Below are positions 44,699 through 53,762 of a DNA stretch of 63,137 nucleotides, one piece after another. This DNA comes from Haloarculaceae archaeon (lineage in GTDB: Archaea; Halobacteriota; Halobacteria; Halobacteriales; Haloarculaceae). The notes below the pieces were generated by a model, which saw only the letters and a list, made by a program, of their open reading frames with translations, searched no databases and was not told where the DNA came from. Both the position numbers and the translations under genes were made by a program. Location of the stretch: positions 1 through 63,137 of the forward strand of contig JAHENO010000011.1 of assembly GCA_018609945.1 (NCBI GenBank). The letters are read 5' to 3'. How positions within the stretch are numbered: position 1 is the first letter of the stretch; every line of letters starts with the position of its first letter.

Positions 44699-46114
44699 TC
44701 AGTACTGTTCGGCGTTCTCCCGCATCGTCTCTTCGGAGATCGTCCGTAGCGTGTCGTACCCGTCGGGAGTTGCCTGCGTGATCCGCACCGACCCGAAGAC
44801 GTTGCCCTGCGGGGTGAAATCGATATTGTTCGCGGCGCCCTGGTAGTTGATCTCGTTTCCGGCATCCAGTTCGTCCTTCCCCTCGCCGAACGACGTGACC
44901 TCCGTTCCGTCCGGGTTTGCGACCTTCCGGAGGTTCCGCTCGATCGCCTTCCGCTGGGCGTCGATCGATCCGGTTTCGCCGCTCCGGTGGAGTGCGAGCG
45001 CACAGACGTTGACCGCGTCGTAGGTCGCGATCGCCCACGGATACATCGTCGTGTCGGGTGCGCGTTCCTGGAAGCTCGATTCGAAGTCGTCGAACCCCGG
45101 GCCGCCTGTCGACTGTTCGAAGGAGATGATCTCCTTGCCTTCCAGCAGCCCCTCCATCGCGTCGAGGAAGTCCTGTCCGGTCGCCCACTCGTTCCCGAGC
45201 AGCGGGGTTTCGTAGCCGCCCTGGGCCCAGTCCTGGGCCAGCGTCGCCCCGTCGTCGAAGTTGAACGAGACGTACAGTGCGTCGAAATCGCTTTCGTAGA
45301 CGCGCGAGAGCTGGGACTGGTAGCTCGATTGTCCCTGTGCGAGGTCGACGCGGTCGACGATTTCGCCACCGAGACGTTCGAACTCCTCGGCGAAGACCGA
45401 CCCGGTCTCCTGTTGTGCCTCGGCTTGCCCGGCCATGACAGCCATCCGTTCGAACCCGTTGTCCCAGGCGTAAATTGCCAGCGCCAGCCCCGTCAGACTG
45501 CCGCCAGGAATGGTCCGCCATATCCACTCGTCGTCACTGAGGTCGTCGGGGGTGCCCTTGTCACCGCCGTACGTGGCGAGCGCGTCCGTTCCGGGCCAGC
45601 CCGAGACGATCGGCGTTTCCTGATCGGTGAGCCACTCGCGGTTGGCGACGATTTCGCTCGAAAAGAGACCGTTGATCGCGACCGCGTTGTCCTGTTCGAC
45701 GAGCGTCCGGACGACGGTACGGGCCTGCTGTGGATCGACCGCGGTGTCCCGCAGTTCCTTGGTCGCCTCAGCACCGAGCGGACCCCCTGCGTCGTTGATT
45801 TCGTCGAGGGCGATGTCGAACGCGGTGTTCGTGGCGGGCTGGAGGATGTCCCACTGTCCGGTGACTGCGCCGGGAGAGCCGAACAGTACCTCCGAGAGCC
45901 CCTCGTCGCCGGACGCGCTGTCCGTGCTTCCGTCTCCCCCATCGTCACTGCTCCCGTCGCTATCACCGCCGTCGGCGTCGCTGCCATCCCCGCTGTCCGA
46001 GTCGGGCGTCGCCGTTTCCCCGCCATCCTCCGTGCTGACCGAACACCCCGCGAGCCCCACGACACCCCCGACACCGCCGACTGCTCTCAAGAACCGTCTC
46101 CGTCGAATTGACAT
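44699..46114 (-). CDS. Liv-type (type I periplasmic-binding-fold) substrate-binding lipoprotein, Tat signal plus lipobox, cluster 1
   Basis: MSIRRRRFLRAVGGVGGVVGLAGC, then a D/G/S-rich linker, then DEINDAGGPLG...AINGLFSSE. Confidence 0.88.
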   Translation of the reverse strand: MSIRRRRFLRAVGGVGGVVGLAGCSVSTEDGGETATPDSDSGDGSDADGGDSDGSSDDGGDGSTDSASGDEGLSEVLFGSPGAVTGQWDILQPATNTAFDIALDEINDAGGPLGAEATKELRDTAVDPQQARTVVRTLVEQDNAVAINGLFSSEIVANREWLTDQETPIVSGWPGTDALATYGGDKGTPDDLSDDEWIWRTIPGGSLTGLALAIYAWDNGFERMAVMAGQAEAQQETGSVFAEEFERLGGEIVDRVDLAQGQSSYQSQLSRVYESDFDALYVSFNFDDGATLAQDWAQGGYETPLLGNEWATGQDFLDAMEGLLEGKEIISFEQSTGGPGFDDFESSFQERAPDTTMYPWAIATYDAVNVCALALHRSGETGSIDAQRKAIERNLRKVANPDGTEVTSFGEGKDELDAGNEINYQGAANNIDFTPQGNVFGSVRITQATPDGYDTLRTISEETMRENAEQY

Positions 46115-46138
46115 TTCGTAGACAATGTTGCCACAAGG

Positions 46139-46153
46139 GTATTTAAAAATTTT
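46139..46153 (-). promoter_or_regulatory. TATA-like element for Liv cluster 1 (leaderless-type spacing)
   Basis: gtatttaaaaatttt lies 25-39 nt upstream of ATG 46114, in an otherwise GC-rich context. Confidence 0.45.
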
Positions 46154-46285
46154 CGTCGTCCACTGTCATGTCCGTCCCCCATCTCCGGACAGTGGCTCCT
46201 GGCCCGGGTGGCCTACACGTCGTTCCCTCTCTACTGATTTCCATTCCCGGATCGGTGTCCGTCTCAGTGATGTATCCCTGGATAT

Positions 46286-47368
46286 TCAGGACTGCCTGTC
46301 GAGGAACCGCTCGAGGACTGCTCGGAACCGCTCGGGTGCTTCGATCTGTGGCGTGTGTCCGACGCCCTCGAAGACGACCTCCTGGTAGGCGCCGTCGTTC
46401 GACTCGTACGTCTCGAAAAAATGCCGCGTCTGCTCGATCATCGGTTGTGGTGGGAACACGTCCGGACCGGGCCAATCCTCGCGTTCGCCGATCTGCCCGA
46501 GATAGCCGTAGTCGAGCAGTGACTCTGCGGACACGATCCGATCTTCGGTTCCCCGAACCCACAGGACGTCCGGTTTGGAATCGACGTCCGCCAGCGGTGT
46601 CAGGTCACAGTACTTCGGCGACATCGCGTTTCGTTCACCGCGGGTACCCGGAGCCACGCCGGGCCAGTTGTCCGACTCGATTGCGTCTCCCGGGTAGGTG
46701 GTCTCGCCGATTGTCGCCCGGAGAATGGAATCGAGCAGTACCTCTTCGCGCTCGGGGGGCAGTTCCGACCCGGGGTCGCAGTAGAGATCGGTCAGCACGT
46801 TCCGGGGCGAGAGTACACTTTCGGTGCTCCTGTCGTTCCGGCGCATCCGTCGACAGTACTCCTCGTCGACGAGTCCCGCGCCGGACCCCGCGTAATCCGG
46901 CCAGCAGGGTTCGCCAATCACGCCTTTCGTTCCACCGAACCCCTGTGGGGGGATCGGGGCCAGTAATATTAGAGATCTGACTTTCTCTGGGTGGTCGATC
47001 GCGTAGCGCATCGCGATACCGGCGCCGAACGACCAGCCTGCCAGATGCACCGGCTGGTCGTCGGACAGGTATTCCAGTGCGTCGATCAGGGCGTCGACAT
47101 CCGCCGTGAGATCGCCCATGCCCGTCGTCGCGTCCACTGGCTTGGTTTCCGATCGACCGCATCCGCGTCGATCCGGCGCGATTCCCAGGTACTCCGCAGG
47201 CAAGGCCTCCAACGTTCCCTCCCAGAACCGGGAATCGGAGGTTGTCCCGTGGAGAAAGACGACCGGCGTTCCGTCGCGCTCGCCGGTTTTCAGATACCGC
47301 GTTTCGAGACGGTCCGTGGACACCGTCCTCGATTCGACGCCGTCGAACAGAGTCCCCGTTCCAGTCAT
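46286..47368 (-). CDS. Alpha/beta hydrolase (360 aa, large lid insertion)
   Basis: PVVFLHGTTSDSRFW and the nucleophile elbow LAGWSFGAG. C-terminal GVGHTPQIEAPERF. Confidence 0.85.
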   Translation of the reverse strand: MTGTGTLFDGVESRTVSTDRLETRYLKTGERDGTPVVFLHGTTSDSRFWEGTLEALPAEYLGIAPDRRGCGRSETKPVDATTGMGDLTADVDALIDALEYLSDDQPVHLAGWSFGAGIAMRYAIDHPEKVRSLILLAPIPPQGFGGTKGVIGEPCWPDYAGSGAGLVDEEYCRRMRRNDRSTESVLSPRNVLTDLYCDPGSELPPEREEVLLDSILRATIGETTYPGDAIESDNWPGVAPGTRGERNAMSPKYCDLTPLADVDSKPDVLWVRGTEDRIVSAESLLDYGYLGQIGEREDWPGPDVFPPQPMIEQTRHFFETYESNDGAYQEVVFEGVGHTPQIEAPERFRAVLERFLDRQS

Positions 47369-47559
47369 CGGTGCCCCCGCCGGGTGTTTGCGTCGTATCG
47401 CTCCCGCATACCGTTCACCTGTGCGGAAATCGACACGGACGATAGTGTTGAGTCTTTCCCCGGCGAATCGGTCGCCTGTCCTCGGAGACCGGGCCGTCGG
47501 GGCCGGCCGTCACCCGGTCGCTGATCGGCCCGCCCGGGCGTGTTCGTGCTCGCGTACCC

Positions 47560-48726
47560 CTACCCGAAGATTTCCTCGTAGCGTTCGATCCAGGTGTCGG
47601 GATCCTCGTAGTAGGACTGGTCGTTGAACGCCACGGGCTTGATCTGGACGTCCGACGGAATGATCCCCTCGAACTCCTCGGCGGCGATGTCCGAATCGAC
47701 CGGCACGCGGCCGGTCTCGGCGAGCGCGCGCTGGCCCTCCTCGCCCAGGAACCACATCGCGAAAAACTCCGCGGCGTTGGGGTTCTCGCTGCCCTCGGTG
47801 AAGTAGATTGGCAGGTTCAGCGCGACCTGGGGATCGAGCCACAGCCCCTCGACGGGTTCGCCGTCGTCCTGCAGGCTCAGCGTGTCGTTGAGCGACCCGA
47901 TGACGACGTCGGCCTCACCCTGGGCGAGCAACCGGGCCGACTCGCTGGAACTGTCGGTCAGGGTCGGACTGTTGTTCGCGATATCTTCCATCGTGCTCCG
48001 CCACTGGTCGGCCCCCCAGATATCGCGGAGCGTCGCGAATTGGCCGCCGGAGGTGTTGAGGATCGTCGGGTCGTCGAACGCGATCCGACCCTCGAGCGTC
48101 GAACTCGCGAAGTCCTCGAAACTCCCGGGCACTTCGTCGTCGCTGACACGCTCGGTGTGGTACATCACCTGTATCGGGAACAGGTAGCCCGGCACCGCCG
48201 GGAGCGTGTAGAGGTCCTCCGAGTACTTGTCCTGGATGAACTGCATCAGTTCCCCGTCGGGATCCGGTTCGCGGAAGACGCCCTCGCCGACCAGCGGCGT
48301 CATCGTCCCCTTCGTGTTGATGGCGGCGTCGGATTCGACGTTGCCCGTCTGTGCCTCCGTCGACATCGTCGAGGCGATCTCCGAGACGCCCTGGGCGACC
48401 ACCTCGAGATTCATCCAGTCGTACCGCTCCTGGAACGGCGGGAGGATGGTGTTGCGCATCCCCTCGGCGTCGATCACCGAATAGAGGGTCGCCGTCCCCT
48501 CCTCGCGCGCGCGCTCCTCCAGGCTCATCGACCCGCCGTCGCCGCCGCCGTCGCTTCCGCCATCACTGCCGTCGCTTCCACCGTCACTGCCGTCGCCCCC
48601 GTCGCTTCCACCGTCACTGCCGTCGCTCCCGCCATCGCCCCCGTCGCCACCGCACCCTGCCAGGGCCGTGGCGCCGAGCGCGACACTGGTCGTCGCTATA
48701 AATTTCCGTCTGTGCATTGGTGACAT
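47560..48726 (-). CDS. ABC transporter substrate-binding lipoprotein, family 1 (iron(III)/polyamine/thiamine-type)
   Basis: MSPMHRRKFIATTSVALGATALAGC, then a long (D/G/S)n linker. Size and pattern resemble PotD/FbpA-like binding proteins. Confidence 0.8.
   Translation of the reverse strand: MSPMHRRKFIATTSVALGATALAGCGGDGGDGGSDGSDGGSDGGDGSDGGSDGSDGGSDGGGDGGSMSLEERAREEGTATLYSVIDAEGMRNTILPPFQERYDWMNLEVVAQGVSEIASTMSTEAQTGNVESDAAINTKGTMTPLVGEGVFREPDPDGELMQFIQDKYSEDLYTLPAVPGYLFPIQVMYHTERVSDDEVPGSFEDFASSTLEGRIAFDDPTILNTSGGQFATLRDIWGADQWRSTMEDIANNSPTLTDSSSESARLLAQGEADVVIGSLNDTLSLQDDGEPVEGLWLDPQVALNLPIYFTEGSENPNAAEFFAMWFLGEEGQRALAETGRVPVDSDIAAEEFEGIIPSDVQIKPVAFNDQSYYEDPDTWIERYEEIFG
48550..48630. repeat. 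Coding tandem repeat (21- and 30-nt units) encoding the D/G/S linker of the binding protein
   Basis: 48571-48600 and 48601-48630 are identical at 29 of 30 nt (gtcgcttccaccgtcactgccgtcgc...). Confidence 0.85.
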
Positions 48727-48757
48727 GCGTCGGTAGCACTGTTGCGTATGGCGGCAT

Positions 48758-48769
48758 ATAAATATTTAT
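48758..48769. promoter_or_regulatory. Perfect 12-nt AT palindrome (ATAAATATTTAT) in a divergent promoter region; candidate bidirectional TATA
   Basis: Seen directly in the sequence. It lies 32-43 nt from the minus-strand start at 48726 and 81-92 nt from the plus-strand start at 48850. Confidence 0.4.
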
Positions 48770-48849
48770 GCGGTGAGACTGACCGCCGGACACAGAGTCT
48801 GGTTTGTTTCAGAACAACATCGCAGAAAGAATCAGTCAACTATTAGATA

Positions 48850-50595
48850 GTGAGCGCGGACAGAGTGGATGTGAGCCTCGAACGGGACGAGCGCACGGTA
48901 CGATCGCGGGCCGTGGAGTTGGCCAACCCGCGATGGATTCCGCTGTACGTGACGCTGTTGTTTCTCGGAATCTTCCTCGCGACGGTCGTCGCGCTGTTCG
49001 CCGGCTCGACGATATTCGGCGTCGGCAACCAGGAGGGGATCACGCTCGAACTCGCCCGGGAGGTCCTGTTGAGCTGGGAACTGGCGCGAATCGTCTTCGA
49101 TACGGTCGCCATCGGCGTCGGTGCGGGCGCGATTTCGGCGTTCATCGGTGCCGTCTACGCGTGGCTGGTGATCCGGACCGACATGCCGTTCAAGCGGGCG
49201 TTCCGCGTGATGGTCATCCTGCCGCTGTCGATGCCGTTCATCGTGAAGGGGATCGGCTGGATCTCCGTCCTCTCCCCCCAGATCGGTATCGTGAACGTCT
49301 TCTTCAAGAACACGTTCGGGTTCGTCCTCTTCGACATCTACTCGCTGTGGGGGATCATCATGGCGATCGGCTTCGGCGGGTTGCCGCTGGCGTTTTTGAT
49401 TACCGAACCCGCCGTCAGGTCGATCGATCCCAGCCTCGAGGAGGGGTCCCGCATCGCCGGCCGCGGCCTCCTGGGGACCTTCTTCCGGGTGACGCTGCCC
49501 TTGCTCTTCCCGGCGATGTTCTCGACGTTCATGCTGGTGCTGATCTTCGCACTCGGGAACTTCGATTACCCGTTCCTCCTGGGGTCGGCCCAGGGCGGGA
49601 TCGACACCCTCGCCACGGAAATCTTCCAGGTTGTCCGCGGGAGCCCCGTGCCCAAGTACAACGTCGCCGGGCTGTACAGCATCGTCTACGTGCTGATCGC
49701 GTTCGTCGCCATCACCGTCTACTGGGTGACGACCAGGAAGACGCACAAGTACCAGACAGTCTCTGGCGGGTCCCGCCAGACGGTCCACCAGCTCGGCAAG
49801 TGGAAGTACCTCGCGGTCGCCATCTGTCTGTTCCTGTGGGGGATGTCCTTCATCGCGCCCTTCGCCGGCATGCTGTTCATGTCGCTTACCCCGCGGATCG
49901 GGGCGCTGTTCAGCCTCGAGTTCACGCTCGCGAACTACGCCCAGCTGTTCAGCATCCCCACGCTCCGGAGCGTCGTCGTGAACACGGTCGCTGCCGGCTT
50001 CGTCGCGGGCCTGCTGACCGCGCTGTTTGCGACGTTCATCGCCTACACCAGCCTCAAGTACGACCGCTTTACCGGGCTGGGCGATTACGTCTCGACGATC
50101 CCGCTCGGCTTCCCGCCGATCGTCTACGGGCTGGCCATCTTCTGGCTCGTGTTGATGCTGCCCGGCGTCAGCACCCTCTACGGGACGCTCGCGCCGCTGG
50201 TGTTGGCGCTGGTGTTCACCCGCCTGCCACACGGCACCCGGATGGTCACCAGCAACCTCATCCAGATCTCGGACGAACTCGAGGAGGCCTCCTCGATCAG
50301 CGGCGCGTCGTGGTCGACGACCTTCCGGAAGGTGATCGTCCCCCTGATCCGGGGCGGAGTCACGAACACGTTCCTCTACTCGTTCATCGGATCGATGCGG
50401 GAACTCGGTGCGGTGGTGTTGCTGATCACCGCCGGGAACAACGTCCTGACCAACCTGCTGCTCCAGATGTACAACCAGGACGCCGGCGCGCTCCCGGTCG
50501 TCGCCGCGGGGTCGATGATGCTGTTCCTGATGGTGCTGTCGATCGTGCTCGTCTACGAGTTCGCCGGGGCGGGCAAGTACACCGCTGGCGCGTGA
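48850..50595 (+). CDS. ABC transporter permease, fused two-domain (FbpB/ThiP-like)
   Basis: 581 aa, about 12 TM helices, GTG start. Two EAA-like loops: SLEEGSRIAGRG and ELEEASSISGAS. Confidence 0.85.
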   Translation: MSADRVDVSLERDERTVRSRAVELANPRWIPLYVTLLFLGIFLATVVALFAGSTIFGVGNQEGITLELAREVLLSWELARIVFDTVAIGVGAGAISAFIGAVYAWLVIRTDMPFKRAFRVMVILPLSMPFIVKGIGWISVLSPQIGIVNVFFKNTFGFVLFDIYSLWGIIMAIGFGGLPLAFLITEPAVRSIDPSLEEGSRIAGRGLLGTFFRVTLPLLFPAMFSTFMLVLIFALGNFDYPFLLGSAQGGIDTLATEIFQVVRGSPVPKYNVAGLYSIVYVLIAFVAITVYWVTTRKTHKYQTVSGGSRQTVHQLGKWKYLAVAICLFLWGMSFIAPFAGMLFMSLTPRIGALFSLEFTLANYAQLFSIPTLRSVVVNTVAAGFVAGLLTALFATFIAYTSLKYDRFTGLGDYVSTIPLGFPPIVYGLAIFWLVLMLPGVSTLYGTLAPLVLALVFTRLPHGTRMVTSNLIQISDELEEASSISGASWSTTFRKVIVPLIRGGVTNTFLYSFIGSMRELGAVVLLITAGNNVLTNLLLQMYNQDAGALPVVAAGSMMLFLMVLSIVLVYEFAGAGKYTAGA

Positions 50596-50679
50596 CGCCG
50601 GGGAAAATTATAAGCCCGCCCGAACACGTTCCTACGCTACACGAATGGTGCCTGTATCGCGAGCATCCACGCACAACCC

Positions 50680-51786
50680 ATGACAGTAACTGTCGAGAAT
50701 CTCACAAAAATCTACCGGAGCGACGGCGGGGGCGTCGTCGCGGTCGACGACGTCAGTTTCGAGGCGGACCAGGGGGAACTGTTCACGCTGCTCGGCCCGA
50801 GCGGGTGCGGGAAGACGACCACGTTGCGATCGATCGCGGGGCTGGAACGGATCGACGAGGGCACGATCACCATCGACGGCGAGACGGTCGCGACCCCCGG
50901 AGCCTCGGTCAAACCCGAGAACCGCGACATCGGGCTGGTGTTCCAGTCCTATGCCCTGTGGCCCCACATGACCGCCCGGGAGAACATCCTCTATGCCCTG
51001 AAAGCCCGGGACTGGCCGAAAGACGACCGCGACTCCCGCATCGAGGAGGTGCTCGACCTCATCAGCCTTCCGGAGATGGGCGACCGGTACCCATCGGAAC
51101 TCAGCGGCGGCCAGCAACAGCGGATCGCGTTCGCGCGCGCCGTCGCCTACGAACCGTCGGTGCTGTTGATGGACGAACCGCTCTCGAACCTCGATTTCAA
51201 ACAGCGACGCCGGATGCGCCGACTGCTCCTCGAGATGCTCGACGAGGTGGGCATCACGACCATCTACGTCACCCACGACCAGGAGGAGGCGTTCGAGATC
51301 TCGGACGAGACGCTGGTGTTGAATCAGGGCGAAGAGGCCCAGCAGGGCACGCCACAGCAACTGTACGAGCACCCACAGACCCCCTTCGTCGCGAGTTTCC
51401 TGGGCGAGGCGAATCTCTTTCCCGCCTCGGTCGACGCCGTCGACAGGGCCGACCGGCGGGCCCGCTGTACGGTCTCGGAGGGATCGACCCGCATCGAGAT
51501 GGAGTGTACCTACCGCGACGAATCGGTACTCTCGAACCCGACCGTCGTCATCCGCCCCGAGGATATCTATCCCGAGGCCCGGACCGATGGCGCCGCGGTC
51601 CGGGAGACGAACCGCTGGTCGGGCACCGTCGACCACCGGTTTTACCGCGGGAGTTTCACGCAGAACCTCGTCGACGTCGGCGACATCCAGTTCAAGATCA
51701 AGACGGACAAGCCGGTCCTCGACGAGGGCGAAGACGTCGCGATCGCGGTCGATCCGGGTGACGCGTTGCTCGTCAGTTCCGGCTGA
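50680..51786 (+). CDS. ABC transporter ATPase (PotA/FbpC/MalK-like with C-terminal TOBE-type domain)
   Basis: GPSGCGKTT, LSGGQQQRIAFARA and LLMDEPLSNLD. Confidence 0.93.
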   Translation: MTVTVENLTKIYRSDGGGVVAVDDVSFEADQGELFTLLGPSGCGKTTTLRSIAGLERIDEGTITIDGETVATPGASVKPENRDIGLVFQSYALWPHMTARENILYALKARDWPKDDRDSRIEEVLDLISLPEMGDRYPSELSGGQQQRIAFARAVAYEPSVLLMDEPLSNLDFKQRRRMRRLLLEMLDEVGITTIYVTHDQEEAFEISDETLVLNQGEEAQQGTPQQLYEHPQTPFVASFLGEANLFPASVDAVDRADRRARCTVSEGSTRIEMECTYRDESVLSNPTVVIRPEDIYPEARTDGAAVRETNRWSGTVDHRFYRGSFTQNLVDVGDIQFKIKTDKPVLDEGEDVAIAVDPGDALLVSSG

Positions 51787-51813
51787 CAGCCCTCGGGCCG
51801 TCCAGGCGTTCTG

Positions 51814-53151
51814 TCAGGCGGCGGCCTCGGCGGCCTCGGCCAGCAACTCGACGCCGAGATCGATTTCGCGGGCGCGGACGTCGAGCGGCGGCAGCAGGCG
51901 CAGCGATTTTTGCCCACAGCCGAGCGTCAGGAGGCCGCGTTTCAGCGCCTCGGTCTGGACGGCGTCCCGGCGCCCTTCGGTGTCGAACTCGACGGCGAGC
52001 ATCAGGCCCCGTCCCCGGCGGTCGACGACGTTCGGCAGGGACGCGTCCGCGAGTCCCTCCATGGCCTGCGCACCGCGGTCGGTCGCGTTGTCCAGGAGGT
52101 TCCGGTCGCGGATCACCTCGAACGTGAGGGCGCCCTGTGCGGCGGCAACGATGTCGCCGGCCCCCCAGGTCGAGGAGATGCGCCCCCGCTCGTCCGGGAA
52201 CAACTCGCCGGGGGCGACCGTCGCACCGACGCGGGCGGCCTTGCCCGCACAGACCACGTCGGGGTCGACGGGGAGGTGGTCGACGCCCCACCACTCGCCG
52301 GTGCGACCCATCCCGGACTGGATCTCGTCGGCGATCACGAGCAGGTCGTGGCGGTCACAGACCGCCGCGAGTTCGTCCGCGAAGGCGTCGCTCGGGACGT
52401 GGTATCCGCCCTCGCCCTGCACGGGTTCGACGATCAGGTACGCCACCGCTCCGGGGTCGACGTGTCCCGTCTCGGGATCGAGCATCCGCCGGAGGTGCGA
52501 GGTGCCGCCAGCGAAGAAGCCACACTCGCAGGTGGCGGGGTCGCAGTCGCTGTCCCGGCAGTACGGCGTATCGTGGACGCCCGGCATCTCGGGGAAATCC
52601 CGGCGGTACTTCGCCTTCGAGCGGTTCAGCGAGAGGGCACCGAGCGTGCGCCCGTGGAACGCCCCCTCGAAGGTGATTGCGTACTCCCCGCTGGTCGCGT
52701 CGTAACAGAGCTTGAGCGCGTTCTCGACGGCCTCGGCCCCCGAGTTGGAGAGGAAGACAGTGTCCATCCCGTACTGTGCCGTGACGTCGGTCAGGCGCTC
52801 CATCAACTCCGCCGGCCCCGGCACGTCGGGGTCGCGGGGGTCACCCGCGGTGGTGTAGAAGTCCTGGCCGGCGATCTTCCCGGGCTCCGGGAGGTCGAAC
52901 GCCGCCAGCCGGTCACGGAGGTCGGGGTGGTTGTACCCCAGCGGTGCGGCGCCGACCTGGCTGGTGAAATCGAGCAGGACGTTCCCGTCGGCGTCGGTAC
53001 AGAAGGGTCCAGCCGCCGGTTCCGTGACGTCCCAGACGAACTCGTAGACGTAGGTCGTCTCCGCCGCGACCGAGGCGTGGTCGTCGACGCGCCGTCCCGC
53101 CAGCGGACCCGGCAGTTCCTCGACGACTGGCTCCGCTGTCTCCCGGTTCAC
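51814..53151 (-). CDS. Class III PLP aminotransferase (4-aminobutyrate / omega-amine or lysine-6-aminotransferase-like)
   Basis: SNSGAEAVENALK, FEGAFHGRT, EPVQGEGG and DEIQSGMGRTG. The start is uncertain: GTG 53151 is preferred, and GTG 53220 is possible. Confidence 0.85.
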   Translation of the reverse strand: MNRETAEPVVEELPGPLAGRRVDDHASVAAETTYVYEFVWDVTEPAAGPFCTDADGNVLLDFTSQVGAAPLGYNHPDLRDRLAAFDLPEPGKIAGQDFYTTAGDPRDPDVPGPAELMERLTDVTAQYGMDTVFLSNSGAEAVENALKLCYDATSGEYAITFEGAFHGRTLGALSLNRSKAKYRRDFPEMPGVHDTPYCRDSDCDPATCECGFFAGGTSHLRRMLDPETGHVDPGAVAYLIVEPVQGEGGYHVPSDAFADELAAVCDRHDLLVIADEIQSGMGRTGEWWGVDHLPVDPDVVCAGKAARVGATVAPGELFPDERGRISSTWGAGDIVAAAQGALTFEVIRDRNLLDNATDRGAQAMEGLADASLPNVVDRRGRGLMLAVEFDTEGRRDAVQTEALKRGLLTLGCGQKSLRLLPPLDVRAREIDLGVELLAEAAEAAA

Positions 53152-53220
53152 AGTCCCCCATGACGGGGATATCGACAAAAAGGTTGCGCAGGGTGAACGA
53201 CCGCCCGGCTGGCAGACCAC

Positions 53221-53676
53221 CTACTCGGCGCCGCCGGGGCCGTGCGTGAACTGCGGGGTCCCGGGATACAGCGAGAAGTGCGTGTGGACGGCCACCCAGA
53301 CACCCTCGCGGCGCTCCAGGACGACCGTCGCCCGCCCGGGCCGGTCGAACGGATTTCCGTCCTCGTCGAACCCGGTCGACCGCCAGACTGCGGCGCCCCA
53401 GGCCCGGCCGCCTTCGCCGTCGCCGTCGGTCACGCCCTCGGCAACGACCGACTCGAGGTCGAACCGGAAGTCCTCGATGTTCGGCCAGATGCCCCGCCAC
53501 TGGTTCGCCTCGAGTTTCTCCCGGCCGGTGACGATCTCCGCCTTGGTCCCGAACGACCGAACGTCCTCCGCGATGAGTCCGCGCGCCCGCTCGTAGTCTT
53601 CGGCCGCACAGCAGGTGCCCAGCGCGTCGAACCACTCGCGAACTGCCGCCTCCGGCGATTCGACCGTGACTTTCAT
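53221..53676 (-). CDS. SnoaL-like / NTF2-fold (DUF4440-type) protein
   Basis: Trimmed to MKVTVESPEAAVREWFDAL...GRATVVLERREGVWVAVHTHFS. Confidence 0.62.
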   Translation of the reverse strand: MKVTVESPEAAVREWFDALGTCCAAEDYERARGLIAEDVRSFGTKAEIVTGREKLEANQWRGIWPNIEDFRFDLESVVAEGVTDGDGEGGRAWGAAVWRSTGFDEDGNPFDRPGRATVVLERREGVWVAVHTHFSLYPGTPQFTHGPGGAE

Positions 53677-53726
53677 GACCGAGGCGTCGACGGCGAGTGA
53701 CAAGAAAATACCGGCACTTGCGGTAG

Positions 53727-53733
53727 TTTTATA
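53727..53733 (+). promoter_or_regulatory. TATA-like element for Liv cluster 2
   Basis: ttttata lies 30-36 nt upstream of ATG 53763. Confidence 0.4.
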
Positions 53734-53762
53734 CCGCGACCAATGTGATAAGACACCACTGT

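Noticed and set aside
43786-45369. N-terminal extension of the 883-aa track ORF (42718-45369) upstream of livM
   Set aside because: The extension reads through livH and the binding-protein gene in a wrong frame (Arg/Ser/Thr-rich). A GTG at 43785 overlapping the livH stop gives a normal-length LivM.
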